NCBI RefSeq assembly: GCF_006345805.1
Contig: NC_043005.1
Location: 4,402,001 to 4,466,000 of the forward strand
Length of the DNA: 64,000 bases
Direction of reading: 5' to 3'
From: Octopus sinensis
Taxonomy: Eukaryota
In this document: piece after piece, positions 39,658 through 51,666 of the stretch
Layout of the letters: each line of letters starts with the position of its first letter
Numbering within the stretch: position 1 is the first letter of the stretch
Notes under the pieces: model-generated
What the model was told of the DNA's origin: nothing
The model's database searches: none
The model's input: only the letters and a program-made list of their open reading frames with translations
Position numbers and translations under genes: made by a program

Positions 39658-40461
39658 GCCAATACAATTTGGCCGAGCTTCATATTAATTAAAGTTTTGG
39701 GTCATAGGGTAAGTCTGCCTCATCATGTGTTTGGAGACATCTTATGAGGTGGATGTGTCCTCTACCCAGGAAACTTTAATGTTAAGCTGAGTCAAACTGC
39801 TATTCAACACATGTAACCCCAATAAAATGTGTTGAGTGTTTCTTTCATTTCTTCACTTACTTGTGTGTGTGTGTGTATGTGTGTGTGTGCGTGTGTGTGT
39901 CTATACACAAACCTGCCATGTGGTTTAATCTTCTCATCCATCACCTGACTATTTTATTGCTGGTCTACACTGCATCGTTATATATTTCATGTTAATTCAT
40001 CATTGTTGCTTATATAATATATATCTGTATGCATGTATACATAGACATAATCAGTACACTATTATATATCATAGAGGGAAACCACTCTAATGACTACTGA
40101 GGCATGCCAGCACACTTGCAGCGTTGCCATGGGTGATGGTGAGGCTGATGTGCTGGCGCCCTCACAAGCTTCATCAGTTATCTCTGCTGGGTGAGTTGCC
40201 AGTGAAGACAGGAATCCCGCAGTCAGTGATCCGACCCCCATTAAATGTCTTGAATGCCACAGGATGTAGTTGACTAACAGATCAGGGTACTTCAGGGTTT
40301 TGTTCTGCTTGGCTGCAAAAGCTGTGGATCTCGCCCTGGCCACAACATCCTTCCCATGCATAAAGGGTTTAGCTTTATGGTGTATTGTCAGATCCCAAAA
40401 CCTTTTGGCCCATGACCTGTTGACCTTCCCCATTTTATATATATATATATATATATATATT

Positions 40462-40682
40462 AGTGGTGGCGAGCTAGCAGAAATGTTAGCACACCAGGCG
40501 AAATGCTGAGTGGTATTTTGTCTGTCTTTATGTTCTGAGTTCAAATTCCGCTGAGGTCGACTCTGCCTTTCATCCTTTCAGGGTCGATAAATTAAGTACC
40601 ACTTGCGTACTGGGGTTGGTCTGATCAACTGGCCCCCTCTCCAAAAATTCCAGGTCTTGTGCCTACAGTAGAAAAGATTATA
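40462..40682 (+). mobile_element. tRNA-derived SINE family B
   Basis: GGCGAGCTAGCAGAA head, GAGTTCAAATTCC B box, CTTTCATCCTTTCAGGGTCGATAAATTAAGTACC body; other copies at 42587-42955 and inverted near 30790-30900 and 46970-47075. Confidence 0.75.
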
Positions 40683-41110
40683 TATCACACATCATTATGT
40701 ATCAAGATATGTTATTATATATCAGTATTGCTGGCAGTCTTTCATGGTCTGAGAAAGACAGTTCTGCAATTTCTTACTGAACAAACCTGCACAAATGATT
40801 TGTTTATAGGGGTCAAATGTATGTGCTGTATGTAAGCTAAACACCACCATCAAATCAATGTTACCTGAACAGGTGCACAAGTGTGCCACACATCAGGTGT
40901 CAAAGTGATTGCAGAGCAATGTGATATTGAAATGTTTTGCTCAAGAACACATTGCACCACCCGGTCCAGGAATTGAAACAATAATCTTGCAGTCATGAGT
41001 GTAACACTCTAACCACTAGACCATGTGCCTTCACCTATCAATATTAATACATTATTATAGTCCGTATCCATTGTATATCAGTGCATTATTTTGTTTCAAT
41101 TGTTTATTAG

Positions 41111-41230
41111 GTTCTGAATGAGATTGATGAATTGTTGGGTTGGTTTGGTGACACACAGAATGAAATGATTGGAGCTGATTCAGTTAGCTGTGAATCTGGG
41201 AAAATTCAAAGCCAACTGGAAGACCAAAAA
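41111..41230 (+). CDS. MACF1: Exon w27 (VLNEIDELLGWF...LEDQK), phase 0/0
   Basis: TATTAG acceptor, AAA|GTAAGT donor, 120 nt. Confidence 0.92.
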
Positions 41231-41719
41231 GTAAGTCAGGAAAATTTTCCATTTCACTCAATCATTTTTATTTTCTTCTTTAGTTCAACATCAGCTCATA
41301 TCTATCTATCCATCCACTGAGCCCTCCCCCCATCTACCTGTATGTCCATCCATCCGTCTGTCCATCCATCCATCGCTACTTCTAAGCTGAATGCAAATGC
41401 TGTAGCTGGCAATTGCCCAATGCTTGATTCTCTAATATGACAGAACCAGAGCTATCTCTGTTCAGTAACCTTCTGCTCTGTTTTCTCTGAGTTATGATAG
41501 AAAATTAGCTAAGTTCATTGAAGATTCCTTGATTTATAATAATATTAACTTGATGTCTTTCATAATGGAGGATTGAAAGCTTCCATTAATGATGACTCAC
41601 TCATTTTGCTTTTCTCTCTCCCATTTTCTCTGCTTTTCCTTCTTTTCATCATACCAATGCCTCCACTGGTTTGACTATTCTTACCACTATTAGCATTACC
41701 GCACAAATGAAGTGAGTTC

Positions 41720-42143
41720 ATGGCTCACAGAACGACCTGCTGTGCTTACCTTGGATCGTCGGGCGACCTGCTGTGCTTGAGGAGACCTTTTGAGTCAAGT
41801 ACAACAACATCAAAATAAATATCAAATACATGCTGCTGGCATGTAAAAAGCACCATCCGAACGTGGCTGATGCTAGCGCCGCCTTGACTTGCATCCATGC
41901 CGGTGGCACATGAAAAGCACCAACCAATCACGGCCATTGCCTGCCTCCTCTGGCCCCTGTGCCGGTGGCACGTAAAAAGCACCCACTACACTCACAGAGT
42001 GGTTGGTGTTAGGAAGGGCACCCAGCTGTAGAAACACTGCCAGATCAGATTGGAGCCTGGTGCAGCCATCTGGCTTACCAGACCCTGGTCGAACCGTCCA
42101 ACCCATGCTAGCATGGAAAATGAACGTTAAACGATGATGATGA
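41720..42143 (+). mobile_element. Copy of the (GAT)n-tailed composite repeat, three subunits
   Basis: Same core and tail as 3747-4240. Confidence 0.8.
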
Positions 42144-42586
42144 TTATGAATATTTATAATCAGAATTGTAAGTGTATCAGGCAAAATGCTTAGCAGCAAT
42201 TGTTTCTTATTTGCCTTTCATCCTTTCTGGTTCAATAAAATAAAGTACCAGCAAAGTATTTGGGTTCATGTCATTGACCTCCCCTCCACCCCTGGGGCCT
42301 TCAGAATTGCTGGCTTTGAACCAATATTAGAGTTATTATTCAACTTGACTTAGAATTGGTCTTATTCATGGTAGAATTTATGTGGGTAGCAGGTTCCTAT
42401 CCATAACCTCAAATATCCAATAAGCCTTCAAGTGCTCAGAACCCTTCTGATGATTTTTTCCTTGTTCCTAAGAGACAAACTTTCTGTAGAAGCTCTACAG
42501 GACATTCCATTCTAATCTCTTTTAACCATTATTATTATTATTAGTAGTAGTAGTAGTAGTAGTAGTAGTAGAAAGGATTATTATTA

Positions 42587-42955
42587 AGGTGGCGAACTGG
42601 CAGAATCATTAGCACGCTGGGTGAAATGCTTAGTAGTATTTTGTCTGTTGCTACGTTCTGAGTTCAAATTCCACCAAAGTCGACTTTGCCTTTCATCCTT
42701 TCAGGGTCGATAAATTAAGTACCAGTTACACACTGGAGTTGATATTATCGACTTAATCCGTTTGTCTGTCCTTGTTTGTCCTCTCTATGTTTAGCCCCTT
42801 GTGGGTGGTAAAGAAATAGGTATTTTGTCTGCCGCTACATTCTGAGTTCAAATTCCGCCAAGGTCGAGCTTGCCTTCCATCCTTTCGGGATCAATAAATT
42901 ATGTACCAGTGAAATACTGGGGTTGATGTAATTGACTAGTCCTCTCCCCCACATT
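42587..42955 (+). mobile_element. SINE family B with duplicated body
   Basis: The B box plus body block occurs twice (near 42660 and 42845). Confidence 0.7.
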
Positions 42956-43038
42956 TCAACCAAAGTGTTTATAATTGTTTGTGAGAAATTGTACTTGTTT
43001 ATGTCTGTAATGTTTTGCTTTTGTTTGTTTTTGCTCAG

Positions 43039-43365
43039 TTTCTGGATGCAGAAGTTGGTAGCCAGAAGGACAGAGCCCGAGATCTTCTAGCTGCGGCTAA
43101 AAAACTTCTGCGAGAAAACAAACTGGATGAAGAGCCAGTGATCAAAGAAAAGATGGAGACCCTCAAGACACAGATCGACACAGTAATGAAAATTAATGCA
43201 GACAGGTTAAGCCAGCTTGAGCAAGCTTTACCACTCTCCAAACATTTCCATGAAACCCACACCCAGTTGCAATCCTGGTTCGAAGAGCTTGAACCCTCGC
43301 TGTCAGAACTTGATGTCATACCTATTAATTCTGAACAGTTGAAGCGACAGCAGGAGAAAGCTAAG
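43039..43365 (+). CDS. MACF1: Exon w28 (FLDAEVGSQKDRA...QEKAK), phase 0/0
   Basis: GCTCAG acceptor, AAG|GTTTGG donor, 327 nt. Confidence 0.93.
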
Positions 43366-44010
43366 GTTTGGATAACTTTTTATCTTGTTGTAATATTTAA
43401 TGAGTATGTATTTAATATAATATTTATATGAACATAAAGTCAGTTAAATAAAATATATATTCAACTCTCAAACTTCCTAAGTGACTTCCATAGGGTTACA
43501 GCCGTTTCGCAACCTTCTTCATTGTAGTATTAATTTCAATATGCAAGAAATTATGTGTACATTTTTGCATCATTATGTATGCTCATCATTATACAATACA
43601 AATGTCTATTCACAAATTAATGGAAATAAAGAAAACTTGTTCATCAGATCACAAGAACATCATGTTGTAGCAACATTTCAAAATATATATATATATATAT
43701 ATATAAATTAGAAAAAACCACCTTTTATCAATTCAAAATGAACGATTAAATTACACCTTCTAGAAAATTACATATAATAGAAATATTAAAAATAAAATAA
43801 CAATAATATACCGATGATTAAGTAAATTGCAAAATAATAATAAAAATGTATATATTTGGTAGAATAACCATATATATTGTATTATAGAATACCATATATT
43901 ATGGTAGAATAAAATATATTATATTTTGTGAAATTTGATTTAGTATTTCTAAATTGAATTTTTCCCTGTAAGTTAGGAATAATATTCCCTCAAATAATAA
44001 TTATTATTAT

Positions 44011-44042
<32 letters not shown>

Positions 44043-44142
44043 GCATAGGAGTGGCTGTGTGGTAAGTAGCTTGCTTACCGACCACATGGTTCAGGGTTCA
44101 GTCCCACTACGTGGCACCTTGGGCAAGTGTCTTCTACTATAG

Positions 44143-44183
<41 letters not shown>

Positions 44184-44320
44184 TACATGTTAGCTCCATG
44201 TCTTTTGCTCTACATATTTACCTATTTCCCACCATGTTTCCTGGTTTGTCTCTTTCCTTCTCCCACTGCTACATCACATGTCTTCTTTCTCTACATGTCA
44301 ATCCATTCGTTATTTTCTAG

Positions 44321-44527
44321 TTGATTCGTCAAGATGTGATTGATCACAAACCATTGATTGAGAAACTGAACAAAACTGGTTCTGCATTGAGCAACCTCTG
44401 TGGTGATGAAGATGCTGAAAGAATGCAAGAAATGTTGGATGAATCTAATAAACATGTGGAACACATTCGTAACCTTGTGCGCGAACGCTCCAATTCAATT
44501 GAAGAAGCCCTTCAACAATCGGCTGAA
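44321..44527 (+). CDS. MACF1: Exon w29 (LIRQDVIDHKPLIEKLNKTG...QQSAE), phase 0/0
   Basis: TTTCTAG acceptor, GAA|GTAAGC donor, 207 nt. Confidence 0.93.
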
Positions 44528-44637
44528 GTAAGCCACCAGTTTTTTTTTATAAAGTGATGTCTTTAAAGTTCTTTTTTTTCTTTTGGTTTTGAGATGTTTA
44601 TACATACATTCCTACATGTGTGTGTGAAAAGGTTAGG

Positions 44638-45010
44638 TGCAGGCATGGCTGTGTGGGAAGAAGCTTGCTTCCCGACCACATGATTCTGGGTTCAGTCCCA
44701 TTGCGTGGCATCTTGAGCAAGTGTCTTCTACTATAGCCTTTGGTCAACCAAAGCTTCGTGATTGGATTTGGTAGGTGGAAAATGAAAGAAGCCCATCATA
44801 AGTGTGTGTGTGTGTCTGTTCCCCATCATTATTTGACAACAAATGTTAGTATGTTTATGTCACCACAACTTAGCAGTTCAGCAAAAAGTGACCAATAGAA
44901 TAAGCACCAAGCTTTAAAAAATGAGTCATTTCGTTCAACTGAAAATTCATCAAGGCAATGCCCCAGCATGGCCACTGTCCAAAGACTGAAACAAGTAAAA
45001 GATAAAAGAT
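44638..45010 (+). mobile_element. SINE family A, diverged copy (a 5' fragment also lies at 44042-44142)
   Basis: Same tRNA head and GACTGAAACAAGTAAAAG tail. Confidence 0.75.
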
Positions 45011-45603
45011 ATATATTGTGTGTGTGTGTGTGTAGGAATGTGTGCATCCATGTATATATATAGTAATGTAAGAATTGTAGAGCACATAAATCTATTTTCC
45101 ATAGCGCAGACATTATCTGATATAGAAGTCTGTATGTTGGAGAAATATATTTGTTACATCAAGAGTTGACAGTTTACTCAGAGTTTTACCCCAGACTGGG
45201 CTAATACCATGGATTCCAGTATCAAACCTTTATTCTTCTTCTATGGGGACAAAACTCTGACAGAAATGGGTCTTGTGTCTAGTTTAATGAATGGTGTGCA
45301 TCAATACGACTCTAATGTCTCTATGTAAAAAAGAGTGTGTGTGTGTTGTTTTATGGCCCTGCATTGAGACAAATGGCAAGCTATCAAAATGAGCTTTGAC
45401 AATGTAGGAATTTGTAGAGAAATCAGCTGCTTTGTTTGGCATGTATGAAAGACTTGCTCAAGGAAGCAATGCACTGCCTTTCACAAGATAAAGCCTGCTT
45501 ATTAATTTATGTTATCTTAACTCTCTTTCAAAGTATTTTTTATTTATTTTATTCTTACTTTCCCCAAACTCACTTTCTATTGGCTAATTTTTCTTGATTT
45601 CAG

Positions 45604-45723
45604 TTTACTGACAAGCTCGAAGACATGTTGGATTGTTTAGCAACCACTGCCCAACAGGTGCAGCATGCAGAGCCCATCTCTGCCCATCCTGATAAATTGA
45701 AGGAGCAGATATCAGAAAATATG
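45604..45723 (+). CDS. MACF1: Exon w30 (FTDKLEDMLDCL...EPISAHPDKLKEQISENM), phase 0/0
   Basis: TTTCAG acceptor, ATG|GTAAGT donor, 120 nt. Confidence 0.92.
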
Positions 45724-46411
45724 GTAAGTTATTCTCAGACATTTTCTTTTCCCTTCTTTTATTTCGTTCATATTTAGGATTAATTTTTCAGTATCCAAAC
45801 AAATATGTAATAATACAGGTGCAACAACAAAAAATGCAAAGAATGTTCCCACATTTTAGAGGTTAACAAATGTTTCAACACCAAGTATGGCAGCCACTAT
45901 TAGCACCTAAGTTCACTAGCACCACAAAAATGGCCATGTAAAATATGGGAGGTATTTCTACCGTATCCTGTATAAATTCTTTGTGTGTGGCACTGAGTAA
46001 ATATTGTGAAGCAATTCTAAGGAAGATGGTAGTTCGATCGATTCTGTAAAGTGTGCTTTTTTTTAAAACCCTTTAACTGTATCAGTTAAATTTCATGGTC
46101 ATTCTTGTAATGATGTTAATTATCCATTTAAAAATACAACTGGGACTTTCTGTGACTCACATTGCCTCAGAATAAGCAAAATTAATACAATGATCAAATT
46201 ACAGTTGAAGGATCTCTCATTGCTATTAATTTGAACAATTTTCAACCCCCAATCTCTGATAAAAACACCAGAGCAGCACTAAATGGAGATAAACCTAGAG
46301 TTGGGTACTTGTAGTTTAGAACATAATTTATCTACCACTAAAATATTTGACACTATTGTGCTTAGATAACAACAACAACAACAACAATAATAATAATAAT
46401 AATAATAATAA

Positions 46412-46626
46412 ATCGTGTTAACTGGAACGGCTCATGTACTGAGAAGAGCATTATCGCTGTGAAAACAACATCCATCCATGAATTTATTTATTTATTAATT
46501 TTTTAAATACATATTTTACCTGTGAATTTGCATGTGTACTCTGGGAATGCCTACAATGAGCTTCTCTGCCTTAAGTGTATGGAAAACACTCGGCGAGAAA
46601 CGGAAGAAAATTTGAAGAAAGAAGGA

Positions 46627-46662
<36 letters not shown>
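46412..46662 (+). mobile_element. 5'-truncated R4/Dong-like non-LTR retrotransposon 3' end inside an (AAT)n run
   Basis: IVLTGTAHVLRRALSL* (stop 46460-46462), 3' UTR and (AAT)n on both sides. Confidence 0.65.
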
Positions 46663-46674
46663 CTCTAATTGCAG

Positions 46675-46783
46675 CACTTGATTGAAGATATGGAGTTGCG
46701 GTTGACTGCACTGAATTCAGTGAAGTTTACTGCCCAAGAATTAATCAGTCAAGCAGGTGATGCTGAAGATGAAGCTGTCAATG
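46675..46783 (+). CDS. MACF1: Exon w31 (HLIEDMELRLTAL...DEAVN), phase 0/1
   Basis: CTCTAATTGCAG acceptor after an (AAT)n run, G|GTAAGC donor, 109 nt; restores phase for w32. Confidence 0.87.
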
Positions 46784-47872
46784 GTAAGCAAGAATATTAA
46801 CTTCTAATATAAGCAGAAAGGCACAGTCTTTGAGGGTGGAGTATAAGTGATTGTATCATCTTTCAATAATTGATGGTATTTATTTTATTGATTCTGGGTT
46901 TTCAGTTATTCTTTTATTCTTGGTTTTATTGATTATGGGTACACAGTCTTTCTTGAACGAAATAATAATAATAATAATCCTTTCTACTAAAGGCACAAGG
47001 CCTGACATTTTGGGGGAGGGGACTAGCTGATTACATCAACCCCAGTATGTAACTGGTACTTATTTAATCAACCCCAAGGTTTTGTCTGCTTCATTAAAGG
47101 GTGTATTATGGTAAAAAGTGGTAAACTAATGGAATTTCTGCATGCAATTGATATTGCAGTGTTTTGTCTGAAGTACAATAAACAGAGCACAGTCATAGAA
47201 ATTATCAATAACTCTTGTAATTATTGGTAAAGTAACTAATGAACTTATTTAGAGTAACAAATTAGTTATCTTTCACAACAGATGTAATTTGTTGAGTCAC
47301 CCCCCCCCCCATTGTCTGAAACTCAAACAAGTTTATGACAGGAAGCTGTTCACTGTCATGCAATTCCAGGGATTTTGTCCCATTTCACAGCTCACCAAGC
47401 AAATATTTACGAAGCACCAATTGGGGAGAAAGGAAATTGTGCAGAAGCTAATTAAATGGAATCTATTTGTTCCTGGGTGGAAGAATTTACCCGTAGCCTA
47501 GGTTACCAATACCACAACCACCACTCTACTATTACTACTACTACTACTACTTTGTGAATATTTAAAACTTTTCACTGTTTGGCAAGCATTTGAATTGGGT
47601 CTCGATCTGAGAATGACCCATAATTTGTCTCTTGGTCCTTCCTTTCACCCACCATTCGCTGAGGCTCTTCAAATATGCCATGGGCACTGCCCGTCCTCTT
47701 TTGATGAAACAAGAAAAACAAACTGCTTGCTAAGAATCAACCGTTGTATTGTAGTTCAGCCTAGCTGTGAACACCACTCATTCTATCAAGTATCATACGA
47801 TCAATCCAAATAATAATAATAATCCTTTCTAATATAAGCACAAGGACTGAAATTTGGAGGAATGGGTTAGTC

Positions 47873-48037
47873 CAGTGGTTCCCAATCTGTGGTCTGCAGG
47901 CCCCTGGTGGTCTGCAAAGGTAATACTAGGGTTTTGTGAACATGTTAAGCTGAAACACCTTTCAGTATCCTAGGGTCTGTGGAAAAACTCATTTAAATAA
48001 AGGGGATCCTTGGTAGTGAAAAGGTTGGGAACCACTA
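47873..48037. mobile_element. hAT MITE (165 bp) nested in an inverted SINE B
   Basis: TIRs CAGTGGTTCCCAA / TTGGGAACCACTA; perfect 8-bp TSD GGTTAGTC (47865-47872, 48038-48045). Confidence 0.88.
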
Positions 48038-48197
48038 GGTTAGTCATTACATCATTTTGGAAGGGTGCAAGTGATTCAATTTGGTGTGTCAGGCTGTACT
48101 CCTCATGCATCTTGTATTTTTTGTTTTATGTGTGTGGGATGTGGTGGTGGTTGTGATACTCAGAGTTATTATAATTTGTGTGTTTATTCGTCTGCAG

Positions 48198-48424
48198 ATG
48201 TGAAACAGAAACTAGACGAGTTAATCCGACTCTACGACAGCATTAAATGCACCACTGAAGAGAGAAGCAAGGCTCTTGAAGAGACCTTGGATGTATCTGA
48301 GAAGTTTTGGGAAGATCTAAACAGTCTTATGAATACATTGAAAGATTTACAAGACAGCTTATCAAACCAAGAATTGCCTGGTTTGGAACCATCCATTATT
48401 AGAGAACAACAAGAAGAGCTGGAG
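48198..48424 (+). CDS. MACF1: Exon w32 (DVKQKLDELIRLY...QQEELE), phase 1/0
   Basis: TCTGCAG acceptor, GAG|GTAAAA donor, 227 nt. Confidence 0.93.
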
Positions 48425-49256
48425 GTAAAAAAAAATTTTTTTTTAATCTTTTGTGTTTGTTTTGAAATTGGAGAACATTGGGAAGGGTTGTAGTATGAGT
48501 TGTGATATCAGAAGGAAGCTAACACTTGGCTATGATATTGGAAGGAAATATCACATTTGATGTCCGAACTGAGAGTTGGTTATATTGGAAGAGAGATATT
48601 GGTAATGATATCAGCGAAGGTGATATTGATCTGATATCAGAATGGTGATTGTGGAGGGGAGATATTGGTTGGTTATATTGGAAGCCGGGTGATCCAGGGT
48701 CTTTTGTTATTTATGGTATTGAAATGAAGAGAGTCGTCAGTTATTGGAATAATGGTAATGACTGGTTTGTTATATTACAATGATAGGAAAAGCCAGTGTT
48801 TTATACAAAGAGGGAGAGAGAGAAGTGTTAATTTTCTTTTTACATGGAGAAAGAGGGTGTTGATTTTAGGTTATTTTTGATACTCATGAATAATTATCCA
48901 TTTTCATTGTGTGAAAATACAATTATAGTCATCATGTGTGGATTATATATTAGATAGATCGATAAAGATAGATGTGTGTATGTTTCTGTCACCTTGTCTT
49001 GACATTGCTTGAGAGTTGTAAATAAGTTTCACTGTCATACAAGCAGTGTCGTTCATTTCCAATCTTTGGTAAAAACATGTCCGGACAAAGGGAAATATTA
49101 CCTTGCTTGGAAACAAACGTGCATTGGTATCTGGAAGAGTATCTGAATGTAAAGGATCTGCCTCAATAAATATTGTCCAACCCATGCAAGTATGAAAAAG
49201 TAGACATAAAAATATAATGATGGATGATCAACAGTCCTCCCTCCCTCCCTCCATCC

Positions 49257-49310
<54 letters not shown>

Positions 49311-49409
49311 GACATCCACCAAATGTGAATGTTTGTGTGCACAGGAATTTGTAAGAAAGAAATAAAGACTAAGGAAAGTAAAAAAAAAAAGAATTATATA
49401 AGAATTATA

Positions 49410-49820
49410 GGCGCAGGAGTGGCTGTGTGGTAAGTAGCTTGTTTACCAACCACATGGTTCCGGGTTCAGTCCCACTGCGTGGCACCTTGGGCAGGTGTCT
49501 TCTGCTATAGCCCCGGGCCGACCAAAGCCTTGTGAGTGGATTTGGTAGACGGAAACTGAAAGAAGCCCGTCGTATATATGTATATATATATATATATATA
49601 TATGCGTTTGTGTCTCTGTGTTTGTCCCCCCCAACATCGCTTGACAACCGATGCTGGTGTGTTTACGTCCCCGTAACTTAGCGGTTCGACAAAAGAGACC
49701 AATAGAGTAAGTACTGGGCTTACAAAAGAATAAGTCCTGGGGTTGAGTTGCTCGAATAAAGGCAGTGCTCCAGCATGGTCGCAGTCAAATGACTGAAACA
49801 AGTAAAAAAAGAGTAAAGTA
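49410..49820 (+). mobile_element. Full-length tRNA-derived SINE (family A) with internal (TA)n
   Basis: A box TGGCTGTGTGG, B box GGTTCAGTCC, CACCTTGGGCAG core, GACTGAAACAAGTAAAA tail; several copies in the window. Confidence 0.85.
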
Positions 49821-49902
49821 AATCGGTGAATTGTATTTATATAGAGGTGCGTCTATTGCTTGTATTTGAAACGTTACCTTTACCAATTTCATGTTTCAAC
49901 AG

Positions 49903-50127
49903 ACTTTGAAAGAAGATATCCAAGCCTCGCAAGTTGACTTGGAAGATGTACACCAGACTGGGGAACAGTTGGTTAATTTGTGTGGAGAACCAGATAAGCC
50001 AGAGGTGAAGAAAAACATCGATGACCTAGACACAAGCCTTGCAACAATCAATAACGAATACATGAAACGGTCAAGAACTCTGGAGACAACTCTTCATAAA
50101 GTTGTCCACTTCCATGATGAACTTTTG
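49903..50127 (+). CDS. MACF1: Exon w33 (TLKEDIQASQVD...HDELL), phase 0/0
   Basis: CAACAG acceptor, TTG|GTAAGA donor, 225 nt; LCGEPDKPEVKK motif. Confidence 0.93.
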
Positions 50128-51154
50128 GTAAGATCTCTTTGTTACTTTTTAGATTTTTGTGGAGAGGAATGATGTATAAACAGCAAAAAAAATATCCAGA
50201 GTAATTAAAATTTTGAGATAAACCTCACTTTAAATTAATTTAATTTATATATCATAATTATGGAATTAATAATGTTTATTGCTAATTAAACAGCTGTTGG
50301 GCCTTATTATATTCTGAACTACTTGTGAAATATATACTTTTCTGCTTTTTATTGTAAATTTGGTTCATCTTCACAAAACTTTGGACATAAATCTCCCAAA
50401 TAAATGCTATTCTTTGGTTCTGCTGTTTTATTTATTGCACTGAACGAAGTCAACATGGATTTTGATTGGCTGATCAAGAGAGCTGACTCTCAAGCTCTCC
50501 AATACCTCATTTCTACACTTTTCCCACATTTTTTGCTCTTATTGCAAACATCCCTTTCCAGTTTTGTAACGGTGCATTTCACACATGCTTTTGTATCCCT
50601 ATCTGTGACCTGCCCTCTTTGTATTCCTACCATACGCTTTCACTACACCTACAGTTCTCTAACATATGCATATCATATGTCCATTCCTCCTTCGATACTT
50701 TGGTGCCATAAATCATAGTCATTTCCCTGCCAAACTAACGCTGCTTCCATAAACAGTAAACATCTTCTTACAGAAATCTGATGTTATTTTACTTGTAACT
50801 AAGGCAACAGGGAAACTGCCAATTTTTCTATTGCTTGGCACCATGCATGGCTGTGTGGTTAAGTTTTCTTCCCAACCACATGGTTTCAGGTTCAGTCCCA
50901 CTGTATGGTTGATGGAAGCTAATGAACAGTCCTTTGTGGACGAAAACTGGACATTCCCAGATGACTTGGTATCTATTCTCAACACTCTGGGTGTGATGTG
51001 GCAATAAAACTTCCTATCTAGAAGGAACACAAAGAAATGTCGGAAGCAGGCTTGAACCCTCAACTCACAAGCAGCTGGTCTCATACCTTATCCACTCCAC
51101 CAACTCATCTCTACATTTCTAATCTTATTAAGAATTTTGATGATGAAAATAAAA

Positions 51155-51547
51155 ATTATTATTTTTCACAAAACATCGAGTGAATGTATAATGGTGGATA
51201 TAACAAGCCCCTTTGATCCCAGAGTGAAAGAGAAACAACAGGAAAAGCTTCAATGATTTGAAATACAAGATTGGGCACCCATGGGGGATTTAAGAGTGTA
51301 AGGGTAGTTCCATCTGTCATCAATTTCCTTGGGTACCATAAGCAGAAATTTCAAACTATTCGATATCATGGTTGTAACATAAGCTTCTGTTATGCAGAAA
51401 GCTTGTTTATTAGGGACAGTAAGAATCTTAAGAAAGGTGCAAGATATCTCAGGTCACAGGGTGTGACTTGTTATCCAGCATCTAAGACCAAGAGGTAAAG
51501 ATTGATGATGATGATGATGATGATAATAATAATAATAATAATAATAA
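51155..51547 (+). mobile_element. R4/Dong-like restriction-like-endonuclease retrotransposon fragment with (GAT)n(AAT)n tail
   Basis: Frameshifted IIIFHKTSSECIMVDITSPFDPRVKEKQQEKL...DLKY...VRVVPSVINFLG...MQKACLLGTVRILRKV, typical of the R4-clade RLE C-terminus. Confidence 0.8.
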
Positions 51548-51564
51548 CTTTGTTTTCTTTCCAG

Positions 51565-51666
51565 ACGTTTTTAACTTGGTTGAACACGACAGAGGAGAAA
51601 TTCCAGTGTCTGAAACCAATTGGTAATGAGTTTGAAGACATTAAATCCCAAACTAAGGAATTAAAG
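51565..51666 (+). CDS. MACF1: Exon w34 (TFLTWLNTTEEKF...TKELK), phase 0/0
   Basis: TTTCCAG acceptor, AAG|GTAATT donor, 102 nt. Confidence 0.92.

Noticed and set aside
49410-49485. tRNA gene
   Set aside because: A and B boxes are present but continue into a SINE body found in many copies; the same applies to the other tRNA-like heads.
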